From: Neoechinorhynchus agilis
Taxonomy: Eukaryota; Animalia; Acanthocephala
DNA: 64,000 nucleotides
NCBI GenBank assembly: GCA_051530055.1
Contig: CM121341.1
Coordinates: 5,186,784 to 5,250,783 of the forward strand
Direction of reading: 5' to 3'
This document shows positions 23,267-34,845 of this stretch, piece after piece. The number at the start of each line of letters is the position of its first letter. Position 1 is the first letter of the stretch. The notes beneath the pieces were generated by a model. That model did not search any database, was not told where the DNA came from, and worked only from the letters and a program-made list of their open reading frames with translations. The translations under genes and the position numbers were made by a program.

Positions 23267-24508
23267 TTAATCTCTTGGGCGATTGTCCGTACCATGAAAT
23301 TGACAATACGGATCACTACTTCCTCGTATTAAACTGGAGATAGATGCCATTTCGAGATCAGTTGGCTTTTGGTCCCTGTCACGGACATCTTTATCCCTGC
23401 TTCCTACTTCACTGCTACCATCATCAACCTTAGCTTGTTCGACATTGTGAAGCAAAGATGCGAGCAGACGCAAAGTGAGTGGATCGTCACTTAGGTACTC
23501 ATGAAAAGTGCCATTTTGGAGGCTTTGAGGCAAGCACGACTTTAGTGCGATCGATGCTCGTTGATTTTCCGATAGTCTAAAATAACAACGGATTACGTGT
23601 CTTAAAAGTCTACTTTCAGGATGCTTCCCAAGGTTAAGAACGATACGTCCGAGAATCATTGCAGTTTGAGAAAATCGCTCAAACGTGTGACAAATGAAAC
23701 AGAGACCGTAATCGTCGGCAATGATCTTTTGAAGAACGAAAGCTGCCAGTATTTTTGAAATATCAGGAGCGATTTCCATAACCTTGAGACAAGCTTCGAT
23801 CACATTGTGACGAACCAAGAACCGAATTATAATCGTATTCTCACTTTTCGCGAGTGTTCCAAGAACGCCCAGTGTAACAATTCTCAAATATTCCAAAGAC
23901 CGCAATCGGGCAGGAATTTGAACCAAGCTAAGGAGGAAATTGATAATGTTGCTTTCCATCAATTGGTCCCTTATGTCAGACTGCATTGCAAATGACTGGA
24001 TAATGTTAATTAGATTGCATGCGTAGTTAGCAGTGGCTTCGCTCATGTGAGTCTTCGATGCGTCTATCATTGAATTTATCCTAACAAGCTCGAAAGTGAT
24101 CATCGAAGGTATTCCTGATACCCTCCATATTATCAATGCAAGACCGTCAATTGTTTCACAGAGTTTACTCAACTCTTTAACGGCGAATTCTCGACTAGAG
24201 ACATCGAGACTATCCACGATAAGATCCGAAATTCGTATTTTTTCTTGCTGAGACAAATACTCGTATTGCGTCCGCTTAGTGCGGAGAATATTAGGTTGCT
24301 CACTTAATGTTATTAGATTTGAAACGCTATGAAGAACGTTAAGCTTCGGCTTGAACTCAGTCGTGGTTGGAAGAGTTTGTTCGTCCCCAATTGTCATCCA
24401 CGGGTTGTTGGTTATCTGATTTGACTGAGATACATCCGATCCCAGTGATGGAAAACTGCCACTCGGTTCACTAAATGGTCCGCTATGAAACCCAAAGTTT
24501 GGATGCAT
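23267..24508 (-). CDS. CNOT9: CCR4-NOT subunit 9 (RCD1), intronless, with a low-complexity N-terminal extension
   Basis: SSREFAVKELSK, EYLRIVTLGVLGTL, ACLKVME..SKILAAFVLQKIIADDYGLCFICHTFERF, RLLRHVIRCYFRLSENQRA..LKSCLP. Confidence 0.95.
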   Translation of the reverse strand: MHPNFGFHSGPFSEPSGSFPSLGSDVSQSNQITNNPWMTIGDEQTLPTTTEFKPKLNVLHSVSNLITLSEQPNILRTKRTQYEYLSQQEKIRISDLIVDSLDVSSREFAVKELSKLCETIDGLALIIWRVSGIPSMITFELVRINSMIDASKTHMSEATANYACNLINIIQSFAMQSDIRDQLMESNIINFLLSLVQIPARLRSLEYLRIVTLGVLGTLAKSENTIIIRFLVRHNVIEACLKVMEIAPDISKILAAFVLQKIIADDYGLCFICHTFERFSQTAMILGRIVLNLGKHPESRLLRHVIRCYFRLSENQRASIALKSCLPQSLQNGTFHEYLSDDPLTLRLLASLLHNVEQAKVDDGSSEVGSRDKDVRDRDQKPTDLEMASISSLIRGSSDPYCQFHGTDNRPRD

Positions 24509-24604
24509 CGCTTGATCTTAAAAGAGGCGAATTAGAAACAAAATATTCATTCGTTGACAATTGCATTAAATTATTCATTATAGTTTCAATTAGCGATGTT
24601 TAAT

Positions 24605-24715
24605 AAAATTTTCGACCTTTTCGTTGGCCTTCTTTAGTCAATTGGTTGTAAGTTAACTCGAATATTTAAAAACTTACAAGCAATTGACTGAAGAAGGCCA
24701 ACGAAAAGGCCGATT
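24605..24715. repeat. Inverted repeat of two degenerate family-A hammerhead/PLE relics, 16-bp spacer
   Basis: 24605-24654 is the reverse complement of 24671-24715 with a few mismatches. Left copy has CTAAAGA (core mutated); right copy has CTGAAGA but lost GAAA. About 85 bp are shared with 6533-6615. Confidence 0.8.
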
Positions 24716-25119
24716 TTTTTAATATAAATCTATTTTCTGAATTAAACACCGCTAATCGAAATTGCATTAACTGATCATTAATGCTCCATTGACTTTCTTT
24801 GCTAATCGATGCGATTAATACCGAATGTATTTATGAATTTCAGAACAATGATCAGACTTAATTTTTAAGGACAGTAAGGAAATATCGGAAATGAGCCAAT
24901 CCAAAACGGTGTTATAGCTACCAAAAACAAGTATCCTTTCCCCATTGAAAACAAAAGAATAATGCAATTAGGAAATGTAATTTAATTATAATGGATAAAT
25001 ATGGACTTTGTAGCCGTGATTGCTTACTGAGACTTCAAATATATAGATGATTTCCCATTTAGAGACCAATAAAAATCTCATGAGAAATACGAGAAGCATG
25101 AGAAACGTCGGAATTTATC

Positions 25120-25645
25120 AAAAGATTGAGAGGATTTAGGCAATAATGCAAAAAAACCCTAAATTAGTGAAAATATTCTACATTTCAAGGCTATGAAAAA
25201 TCACAAGTTCTTGATTTTATTAAAAGATTGAGAAGATTTAAGCAATAATGCAAAAAAACCCTAAATTAGAGAAAATATTCTACATTTCAAGGCTATGAAA
25301 AATCACAAGTTCTTGATTTTATTAAAAGATTGAGAGGATTGAAGCAATAATGCCAAAAGTTCTTAATTTTATTAAAAGATTGAGAGGATTTAAGCAATAA
25401 TGCCAAAAAAACCCTAAATTAGAGAAAATATTCTACATTTCAAGGCTATGAAAAATCACAAGTTCTTAAATTGATTAAAAGATTGAGAGGATTTAAGCAA
25501 TAATGCAAAAAAACCCTAAATTAGAGAAAATATTCTACATTTCAAGGCTATGAAAAATCACAAGTTCTTAATTTTATTGAAAGATTGAGAGGATTTAAGC
25601 AATAATGCCAAAAAACCCTAAATTAGAGAAAATATTCTACATTTG
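25120..25645. repeat. ~102-bp AT-rich tandem repeat, ~5 copies
   Basis: aaaagattgagaggatttaagcaataatgc..ccctaaattagagaaaatattctacatttcaaggctatgaaaaatcacaagttctt recurs at about 25120, 25222, 25374, 25477 and 25579. Confidence 0.9.
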
Positions 25646-26699
25646 TGAGTATTTAAAGGGGTAGAGCAGTTTAGTTAGTTTCTGTGAGAGAAAACCCGTT
25701 TGTCATACCGAAAAATAACAGATTTGAATGATTAAAAGTAACAACTCTGCATTGTTCAAGTACTCGGAGCAAAGAATGCAAATTCGACGCAACGATTCGC
25801 TACACGGCAAAGTTGGTTGTATACGCGATGAACGGTGACGCCCGACTAATCCTTTTTTTAGAATAGAAACAGGAGAGAACTTCCTGCCACAAAAAAACGG
25901 CTCAACGCGTTAGTCGTTCTAATTTTAATGGTGCCAAATCGAGGCACTCGAGAAGATTTGCATGGAATTCACGGAGGAATTGAAGAACCAGTTTATGGAT
26001 GAAGCGCATGCCAAAATCTCATAGAAATTTCCGTGGCGCTTTTAAAGGTTTGAAAAAGTCAAATCCATTATCGACGATGACTCTTGGTTGTGTGCCCAAG
26101 AACTAAGCTGCGTTTCATTTAAAACACGTTAAAAGATGAAATTAGTTGAATGTTAGATTCTTGTCATCAGGAAATACCTTAGGAACCAAAGAACACCGTG
26201 AGTTTTGACTCATTGAAAAAAAACGCAATAGCCGAACCCGCTTAATAGTGCTTTAAATTACACACTTTTACGAGTTGATTCTTTTTAGCGCCCAAATTCA
26301 TCAGGCTCATTTGGATTCTCTCTTTTTTTGTCTATGCCATGACAATCGCTATTACATAAGAATTTTTATTTAATTTCTTACATTCTTTTCAAAAATGTTT
26401 TTTAGCTGGGATCGTGCCTCGGACCCCTTTATTTTTGAAAAAAAAAACGAAAACTCATTGGAAATGCTTTCTTTGTTTTTGTCTGAAAAACCCGTCATCG
26501 CTTTCGTTTCAAGAACATTGTCATTCACCTCGGCGTTCTCTCATTAGTACGATTTAGTGATCAAAAAGTAAAAAATAGCCGTTTTTTGGTAAAGAATTAT
26601 ACAATCGCATAGATTTAAATAGCGATCCGTCGTCCCAAACGACACCCAACGCTCAATTACATTCATACAAAAACGTTCAAAGCTCCACGGGTACGCTAT

Positions 26700-27470
26700 T
26701 GAACATTAAATTCGAAAAAATTGGATAAATGGCGGATTACAAACAAAATCGTAAATACAAAAACGCGCTAAAGACACGAAAGTATCTTAGTTCTTTTAAT
26801 GTGATTGAAAGTAAAATCTGTAAATGAGAAAGTCATTTCATCTTTCAAGTGCCTAATTTGTCCGCTATTGAATATTAAATTCGAAAAATGCAAAAAGTTG
26901 CAATCCATATTAAAAATCGTAAATACAAAAACGCGCTAAATACGCGGAAGTATCTTAGTTCTTTTAATGTGATTGAAAGTAAAATCTGTAATGAGAAAGT
27001 CATTTCATCTTTCAAGTGCCTAATTTGTCCGCTATTGAATATTAAATTCGAAAAATGCAAAAAGTTGCAATCCATATTAAAAATCGTAAATACAAAAACG
27101 CGCTAAATACGCGGAAGTATCTTAGTTCTCCTCATTGAAATTAAAAGTAAAACCTGTAATGAGAAGGTCATTCTTTTTTAAAGTGTAACTCGTCCGTTAT
27201 GGAATAATCATCTCGAAAAAATGAAAAGTGGCGGATTAAAAACCTAAAATCGTAAATACAAAAACGCGCTAAAGACACGAAAGTATCTTAGTTGTCCTCA
27301 TTGAAATTAAAATTAACACGCGTAAATGCAAGGTAGATTCGTTTTTTAAAGTGTACAGCTCGTCCGTTATAGAATAATCATCTCGAAAAATATGAAAAGT
27401 GGCGATGATATAAAAACCTAAAATCGTAAATTCAAAAACGCGCTAAAGACACGAAAGTTTCCTTGTTTTT
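26700..27470. repeat. ~167-173-bp diverged tandem repeat, ~5 copies, directly upstream of the LEM gene
   Basis: aaaatcgtaaa(t)acaaaaacgcgctaaa recurs at about 26746, 26912, 27079, 27247 and 27420. Confidence 0.85.
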
Positions 27471-27483
27471 CCCAATGTGACCA

Positions 27484-28023
27484 ATGGTCAAGTTTTTAAT
27501 TGAACAAATGGAACGTGAATTGATGATACAAACGATTAGAGGTTATGGTCTTTTAGTTGATGGCAATGAGGCTGACGACGAATTGAAAGCTCTTCTTGAC
27601 AGTTACATTCTTGCGTTAAAAGGCGATTTCGCGGATTTACAAGACAATAATGTTTTACAATTGCTCCGTGCTTTAGGAGAGCGGCCAGGGCCTGTTCTCG
27701 CTTCAACGAGATCAATCTACGAGCGAAAGCTTCGTAGAAAGCTCGGCGTTCCTGTTGAAACTGCTGAAACGGTTACAGATTCTCCTGATGATTCATCGTT
27801 CATGTCATTGGACAATACGTATTCTCCCTATAGAAGACGGACAATTGGCCCTAGGCAACCATTGCGACGCTCAATGGAGCTCAGGAGTGGTTTAGAGACG
27901 GAACACGTTGGAATGTCTCTCAAACAACAAATCTGCCTCTCCCTAGCCGTTGCTATTGGACTATTGTTCCTTTTTATTTATCTCGAGGAGAAACCTTCGA
28001 GGATCGATTTTAGTCAAAAGTGA
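27484..28023 (+). CDS. LEM-domain inner nuclear membrane protein (emerin/LAP2-beta-like), intronless
   Basis: DLQDNNVLQLLRALGERPGPVLASTRSIYERKLRRKL is a LEM motif; Ser-rich linker; C-terminal TM ICLSLAVAIGLLFLFIYL. Confidence 0.85.
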   Translation: MVKFLIEQMERELMIQTIRGYGLLVDGNEADDELKALLDSYILALKGDFADLQDNNVLQLLRALGERPGPVLASTRSIYERKLRRKLGVPVETAETVTDSPDDSSFMSLDNTYSPYRRRTIGPRQPLRRSMELRSGLETEHVGMSLKQQICLSLAVAIGLLFLFIYLEEKPSRIDFSQK

Positions 28024-28219
28024 ACGGGAAATCAAGTGCGCGAGTGGTCGACAATAAAGTGAGCTTTGCTTAAACAAAATGAGTATCAAAAGTGCATTTA
28101 TATGCTTCCTTTTTGATTTGAGCGTCTATTGCAAGCGTCGGAATTCGTTTGATCAAAAGTTATTTACATTGATCACAAGATCGTTTTCAAATATAGTGGC
28201 ATTCACCACTATTAAACTG

Positions 28220-28400
28220 AAGGGGAAGCAGCAACTGCCACTGAGGAATGCAAAAAGACAAAATACCGGGCATTATTTTGTTCCATTTGGCGTCGAGACA
28301 CTCAGGTCGTTTGATACCGCGGCGCAGGACCTGGTCAATTGATTGTCTAAGAGATTAAGACGAATTACTCCCTTACAACAGGGAACCGTTACATCGGGAC
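28220..28400 (+). mobile_element. Short CRE-like RLE-domain relic
   Basis: GEAATATEECKKTKY(frameshift)HYFVPFGVETLRSFDTAAQDLVN*LSKRL, cf. AA..AE..K..KY..F.P..VETLG.W. Confidence 0.6.
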
Positions 28401-28632
28401 GGCAGCTGAGTTATTCAGAGCGGTGATGTGAATGATTTAACTTGAATTCCCTGAAATCAAAATAATCGCACGCAATGTGTAAGATTGTGAAACATCAATG
28501 GGCACAAGTTCGAACCAATGAGAGCGAAAAATTAGAAGTTTCACATTGACTAAGAAAACGGACTAATTGGAAACGATCATTTGCCCAATGCAAAGAACTT
28601 GTGATAAAACGACTTCCGACACTGAAGCATTT

Positions 28633-29103
28633 TCAAAAATGTTCTAGCTTAATTTTTTCCGATTTATGTTTCGGCTTCTCTAAAATATTTAGAGGATACG
28701 TCGTTAAAATGAACTGGATAAAAGCGGACTTCACTGGCCGGTTGTGGACCACCGGACATAGATTTGAAGAAAATAGTGGTATAGTTGGTGGATATTTCGA
28801 TGCGCTGATTTTAATGATTTTATCCAATTGTAATGACTCTTGCAAATTTAGTGATCTTTCACTGTTATGACTTTTGACTAAATATGACAATGCGATTTCC
28901 GACGTTAATAATATGCGTCCGGATTCAGTGCGTTGTGAACGTATTGGCCAAAACGTTGTCCGCAGATCATCGCGTAGACCACGTTTCTTCGAGTTCAAAT
29001 CGAATCTTGCCTGTAATTGGTGGATTTCGGTAGGTACGAGTCCAGTTCCCGTAAGGATTCGCCTAAGTGTGAGCGCATTTCTGTTTACCATACGGACATC
29101 CAT
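28633..29103 (-). CDS. 156-aa ORF of unknown function
   Basis: ATG-started open frame of ordinary composition; no recognised motif. Confidence 0.3.
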   Translation of the reverse strand: MDVRMVNRNALTLRRILTGTGLVPTEIHQLQARFDLNSKKRGLRDDLRTTFWPIRSQRTESGRILLTSEIALSYLVKSHNSERSLNLQESLQLDKIIKISASKYPPTIPLFSSNLCPVVHNRPVKSAFIQFILTTYPLNILEKPKHKSEKIKLEHF

Positions 29104-29149
29104 TCTCTATCGTCTTAACAGCTTTTTGGAACGTTACTAGTGAACTTTT

Positions 29150-29560
29150 CACTCAATCGACAGTTGAAAATGTTATGCAGGAAGCAAGTTAAAAACCTAA
29201 ATTTAAATCGAACATTGTTCCTCCCCATGAGGTATCCAAACCTCGTTCCCGGGGGTAGGTTCCGGGAAGTTTATTATTGGGACTCCTATTGGAATGCAAA
29301 AGGAGCATTGCGGTGTGGAATGACCGAGACCGTGAGGAACATTATTTTAAATCTGATGGACAGTGTTATCAATTATGCATTTGTTCCAAATGGCGGTCGA
29401 GTTTATTAGAGAACTCTATCGCTGCTCCCAGTACTTACATCAATGGTCGATGATTACTACGAAAGGACAAAAGATAAAGAATTTGTTCGAAGCGCTATCG
29501 GAACGATGGAAAAGGAGTTCGATTTTTTGGATCGGGACTGGATTGTGAGAATAACTCATA
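29150..29560 (+). pseudogene. TREH: Acid trehalase (GH37) fragment, variant A
   Basis: VPGGRFREVYYWDSYW, NYAFVPNGGRVY then a frameshift, MVDDYYERTKDKEF..MEKEFDF; both termini missing. Confidence 0.8.
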
Positions 29561-29929
29561 AGATTTGTTCTTATTTAACTGTTTGGGAAAACAATACTGA
29601 ATATGAACCGATGGAAAATGCAAACTATACCCAAGTTCTTCAAATTCGTTTCAAGCAGATTAACGTATATCACAGCCATTCCAAGGGGAGATTAAGCTTT
29701 CTGGCAAACGTAAACTACTGAAACTAAACTACATCAGTCGTAAAAAGTCTTGAAAAATGGGTTCCTTGGTAAGGGACAAAAGTACAAACCCTACAGTAAA
29801 TTCTTTTCTATAAATTTCGAACAAGGAATTCTGAGAATGAGTTACCTTTGTAAGTTAATAGATTCCACCCTCCATCTATTCTCAATACCGGTTCCTTACC
29901 CAGAAGTCGTACTATTTCGCCATTGGTCC

Positions 29930-30240
29930 GATGCCGGTTCTTCAAATCCTTTGTTAAATGTCTTTTCATAGAAGTCGATGGCCATTAATGTAAATACGGG
30001 CGGTTGCGATCGAGTTGTGTGGTACCCCTCGACCGCCATTAATTCGCAAATCCAGGGTTGATTACACTGTCCATTCGATTTAAAATAATTTTTTTACGGT
30101 ACGCTATTCTTGCACCGCACATTTGACGATCCAATACGAGTCCCGATTAATAAACCTCCCGAATCCTACCTCCTGGAAAAGGTTCAGATATTTCATTGGG
30201 AGAAACGATATCCGATCTAAATTTATATTCTCAGCTTACG
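29930..30240 (-). pseudogene. TREH: Trehalase fragment, variant B (copy 1)
   Basis: Reverse complement of 45750-46075: LFPGGRIREV..RDSYW, GFVINGGRGYHTTRSQPPVF. Confidence 0.75.
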
Positions 30241-30559
30241 CCCTGCACAATTGATTATTGACATCATAACAGCCGAAATTATATCGCCGTGATCATTAAA
30301 AGCCTCCTGTACTTCGTAGGAATATTGGTGGCATTGATATCAGCAATCAAAAACATAAGGACGATGAATTGAATGCCTGATGATCGCGTCTAATGTTTGA
30401 CCTTTAACAAACGTGGTCATCATGATTGAACATGGCAACACGTTCACGCAACGCTGTGGTGATCATTGAAGAAGACCAACGCATTGGTCAAAAATTCCGA
30501 TTAATTCCTAAATGAATATCTACACAAAAAGAGAAGTCCGGGGCGACTCGAAAATTTGA

Positions 30560-31270
30560 GTTGGGATGAGTGATTGGTAATGATAGAAATGAGTTTAGAG
30601 TTGAGATCTTGAATGGATCGAAGTAAAGGTAGAGAGATAATTATTTACTTGCTTCGGGAAAAAGAGAGTATTTCACGTGGAAGGGCTGGGAGATTGACCT
30701 TTGTGGTTATTCGGGCGCCGGTGGAGTTATACGTAATCAAAGAAACTGGGAAGTCGCTGATTCTTCGTGTTTTGGGATGGGGGAGATATTCGTGGGTGTT
30801 CGCTAAAAGTGACGGGTTACATTGGAAAAGATGAGATCTGAGTTAAGTTTGTAGGAACGGTGGAAAGATTTTGTAATGAGTTTTTATGTGGATAGATACG
30901 AACAGAAAGTTGTGAGGAGTCTGTGTCTCCTGTTAAGAACGAGGGAAGCTACGAGTGGTGAAATAAAAGTAACTTTGAGGATACGAGGTCTCGGGTTAAA
31001 TTGATTTTTGGAGGGAATACGCATAACAGTTGATGGGAAGGAATAGTAAAGTGAATGTCGGGGGAAAGGAGTTGACCGATACGAAGGAATTTGTTGCGGT
31101 TGTGTGTATCAGTGGCGACAGGATCTGTAAAGGAGGCTCCTGGCTTTTCAGAAATAAATGTGGTGCGATTTATATCCTAGAGAGAGGAGTGCATGACACG
31201 ATGGGTCGAATTCCGGGCACCGAGGGATGATGGGTGGGGTGGAGAAGGCGTATCATCACAGAAATGAATC
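30560..31270 (-). mobile_element. Degenerate Penelope-like RT relic (copy 1)
   Basis: Mirror of 43490-44200; see that entry. Confidence 0.45.
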
Positions 31271-32686
31271 GGAGGGTCGAATGATTTTGATGGTGTTCGT
31301 GTCAACCTTATATCCTTATAATTAGTTGTTCTCCCTTTTCCTTTTTTTCATTCGTTCCAATGTTTTTCGTCGACCTTTTGTTCAACCGTAGCTTTCTTAG
31401 TAGTTACTTCAGCTAAATCGCTTTCGCTTTCCGGGTGAAGACCTAAACAATAATTCTAATCACATTCCCCGAAACCTCACATATCGATCCCAGTTCGTAA
31501 ACCTTCAACCTCTCCAACATTGGTATTTCGTCTATGAAAGTAGTTTGAAATACTACTTTAAAAGTTTTTTGGTTGTGTGTTAAATTGGCCACATCGAAGT
31601 TTGGGTTTACTCTATTTTTAGATTGGAAGAGTGAAGTGCCTGGGTTTTGAGCCGATCTCAACGCTTCTCAAAGTGCAATTCAATCTCTCGCTCAAAGAAT
31701 CAACAAAAAAAGAAGAGCGAGTCATGAACTTTGTTGAAATCCATCAGGTTGCTGAAATATGTGAATGTCCAAAGGTTCTCCAAAAAAGTCAGAAATAATC
31801 TTTAAATAAGTCATTGACAATTAGGAGAGCCGGATTTTTTTGTTAGGATTTCAACTTGTACTCAAATAGTCGTTATGTTGCTTTCACACCGTAAACCTTA
31901 AGAGAGCGTTAAAACTCTTTATTCTGTGGTCTAAAACTCTTGATGGATTTACGACAAGGCTTTAGCAAATGCTTTTGTTTAAAAGCTTAAAATCGTAATC
32001 CAAGTTCATAAAATCACAAAACGAAGCGTTTAATGTCGATCTAACACAATCGAGACGAAAAACCATTAAAAAAATGTAAAATATATTAATTGATTATTAA
32101 GCAAAACTGCGTATAAAGACGATAATTCTTAAGACCAAAAAAAATTGCGCCTCCAACTTCGCCTTATTTTGTAATAAATCAAATCCATTTCGGTCAATCA
32201 TCAAAAGCGAAAAATGCAATAGAAAATTTCGAATAATTTGCAAACGACATAAAAACAAAGTATTTTAACTGGCGGTGTTTAGTGAAGTAAAAAATTTAAC
32301 AAAAATGATTCAGTCGAGCGAAGACGACTATATCTTGCCGAGCAAAAGAAAGTCTCGAGAAAAAAAATCAAGACAATGCCCGGTACGGAAAAATACACAG
32401 AAAGTGAAGCAAATCCAAAAGTAACTCCGTCAGAAAGTCTTGCAAAGGATACAAAAGTTTCGGGTGGTCTACAGGCCAAAAAACGTTCATATCAAAGGCA
32501 TAACTCGAAGAATCTGAGTGTACGGAACTTCCGACGGTTACCCAAGACACAAAGAGACCAAAGATTACAACGAAGACGAAGCAAAGCCGAAAGCGAGTCT
32601 CAAAACCTAGACTGGAGCCAAATCCGCCAGAAACAATTGAAAATTCAGGCGACTTCGATCAAACGGCATTTCCCAGGGAGCTAAAA

Positions 32687-33232
32687 ATGGGTTCCAAACG
32701 TCCAAGAAAATCGGCAGAAGTAAAAGAGGACTTAAGCCATGACGGCAAACGACAAAAGATGACGACGACCACGAAGCCAAGCCCTAAGCAAATCCCAGAA
32801 CCCCATTCAGAATCAAATGCTCCAGAGGTTATAATCATAGCGGAGGAATCCATGGAGTCGAAGGCAAATAAACTTGAAAGTTTTCAAATAAATGCTGAGC
32901 TGCCGAAGTCCCAGCCTCAAATACTAATAATTAATGTAAAAGAAACAAACATTTCGACGGATTTGGATAGAACGACATTTAAAAGCGACCTTAAAATCGG
33001 TTCTAAACGTGCCAGAGAATCGACAGAATTAAAACAAGATTCAATCCACGACGGCAAACGACTTAAGGTTGCATCGAAGCTGACGAAGCCGAGCTGGAAG
33101 CGAATTCCAACACCTCATCCGAAATTAAATGCGCCAGAGGTTATAATCCAATCTGACGATTCGGGAGAGTCGAAGGCAAATCAAGGCGAAAGTTCCAAAA
33201 AAAATCCGCAACAACCGAAGCCTCAATCCTAA
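32687..33232 (+). CDS. C-terminal-only form of the amplified orphan protein (two SIM-like repeats)
   Basis: 181-aa ORF from MGSKRPRK. Homology to the full gene starts ~32312 but is frameshifted upstream; the 5' half is replaced by the P block. Confidence 0.45.
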   Translation: MGSKRPRKSAEVKEDLSHDGKRQKMTTTTKPSPKQIPEPHSESNAPEVIIIAEESMESKANKLESFQINAELPKSQPQILIINVKETNISTDLDRTTFKSDLKIGSKRARESTELKQDSIHDGKRLKVASKLTKPSWKRIPTPHPKLNAPEVIIQSDDSGESKANQGESSKKNPQQPKPQS

Positions 33233-34114
33233 ATCAAAAGGACAAAATAAATGAAACAAACGGCATTTTTCGGCGACCAAATTTTTTTTTAAAACGGCCA
33301 TGAAGCCAACGGCAGATAAAGATTCTAAGCAGTTAAAGTCCCCTTCTGAGTTTGCAGCAAAACGCAGTAGCAGTTGAAACACCAAAGTGTTCAATTGGCA
33401 AATATTGTTCAGGAGTCTGGCATCAAATCGATCAATCAAATTCAAGAAGCATCAGGAAAGAAGGGTCCTTTGGTTAACAAAGAAGAGCAAATTTGGAACT
33501 ACGAATAAACCTTTATTACTTAGTGAAAGTATTTTTTAAATGATTATTTAGTTAATAAATCTTATTAGTTATTTAGTAAATGTTAAAAAGAGAGATGTTC
33601 AAGTTGGGAGGGGCATCAAAACCGGGAATAATCTTCTTGAAATGACGCCAGAAAAAAAGTTTTGGGCCATTATAACACGAAATTTCCAAATCATTGGTCG
33701 ACGATTCTCCCTGCAGAATGAATACTTTCTTCAGATTGGCGAAAAAGGACAATTACATAAATTTCAAAAATAAATCTTTTTTTAAAGTACACGACAATTT
33801 CGGGTTCATAAAATATTTCGAAAATTTAATAAATAGCAATCATTAAAGGGTCACGTGATCACGTTTTGTGACTAATTATCAATAACCAATATTTTTCCGA
33901 CAGCAAAAGCACAAACACAAAGAAAACGTACTTCTAATTAAATACAAGAAAATAAATATTGATTGCGGATAATATTTGTGCAACAAACTGATTTCAAGCT
34001 TTCCCGTTCCCCTCTCGTTAAAGCGCTTCACCTTAATCGTATCGATAACAACGAGCAACTTAGCATCAAAACATCTCCAAGAATTTCCACCGGTAAGTTA
34101 AAAATCCGATCGGT

Positions 34115-34798
34115 TTAAGCACTTTCCACATCTTCACGAAGGCTCCCTTCAATTCCCGGCGGTAAGGGTAGAAATGAATCGAACATTTCAGAACAAAGAT
34201 CCACCATAATTTGTCTTGTACTTTCAGGGGCTTCGGCGATGAACTTCGCTGGAATTCCTCCGAAAATACAATAGGGAGGGACGCAAGTATCAGCAGTTAG
34301 AAGGCTGTTTGGTAGAAGAATGCTACAATCCTTAAGGATCGAGCGCTTCTCACAAACGGAATTGTGGCCTAGAATTAAGAAAATGATGTGTTTTCTAGAG
34401 AAATCAACATGTAAACTTGCCGATCCGTACACAGGAACCAACTTGATTGCATTTAAGAACGCAATCATCTTCCACGATCGTATAGTCGCCAATCGATAGT
34501 TTTGAGAACGAATAAGAGGACGATGCGCGAGTAAAGAAGGGTTGGAGAATGCAGCTTCGTCCGAAATGACAGTATTTTCCAACTCGAATTGGAGCGAGAT
34601 CGCCTCTGAACACACAATTTTGTTGAATTATTACTCGACCGGTTAGAATGATATTTTGACTTCCTGCCATTAAAGATTTCTTTTCTTGAATACTCACACG
34701 TCCGTCGAAGGTTGTGTGAGTATTCACGTACAAACCTTATTTCCTGTGCTGGTTTCGAAGTATTCGGCGGGTCGAAAATATTGCTCACAGACTTCCAT
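34115..34798 (-). CDS. DCTN5: Dynactin subunit 5 (p25), copy 1; two introns; junction-1 TAA issue
   Basis: EYFETSTGNK..AGSQNIILTGRVII..VFRGDLAPIRVGKYC..IGDYTIVEDDCV..ILKDC..VPPYCIFGGIPAKF. Confidence 0.85.
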
Positions 34799-34845
34799 CT
34801 AGAACATATTTTTTAGAGGTGCCAATTCCTTTTAACATTTTAGAT

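Noticed and set aside
25900-26110. Possible hAT transposase relic (..KVKSIIDDDSWL..)
   Set aside because: Too short and degenerate; no TIRs or catalytic motifs seen.
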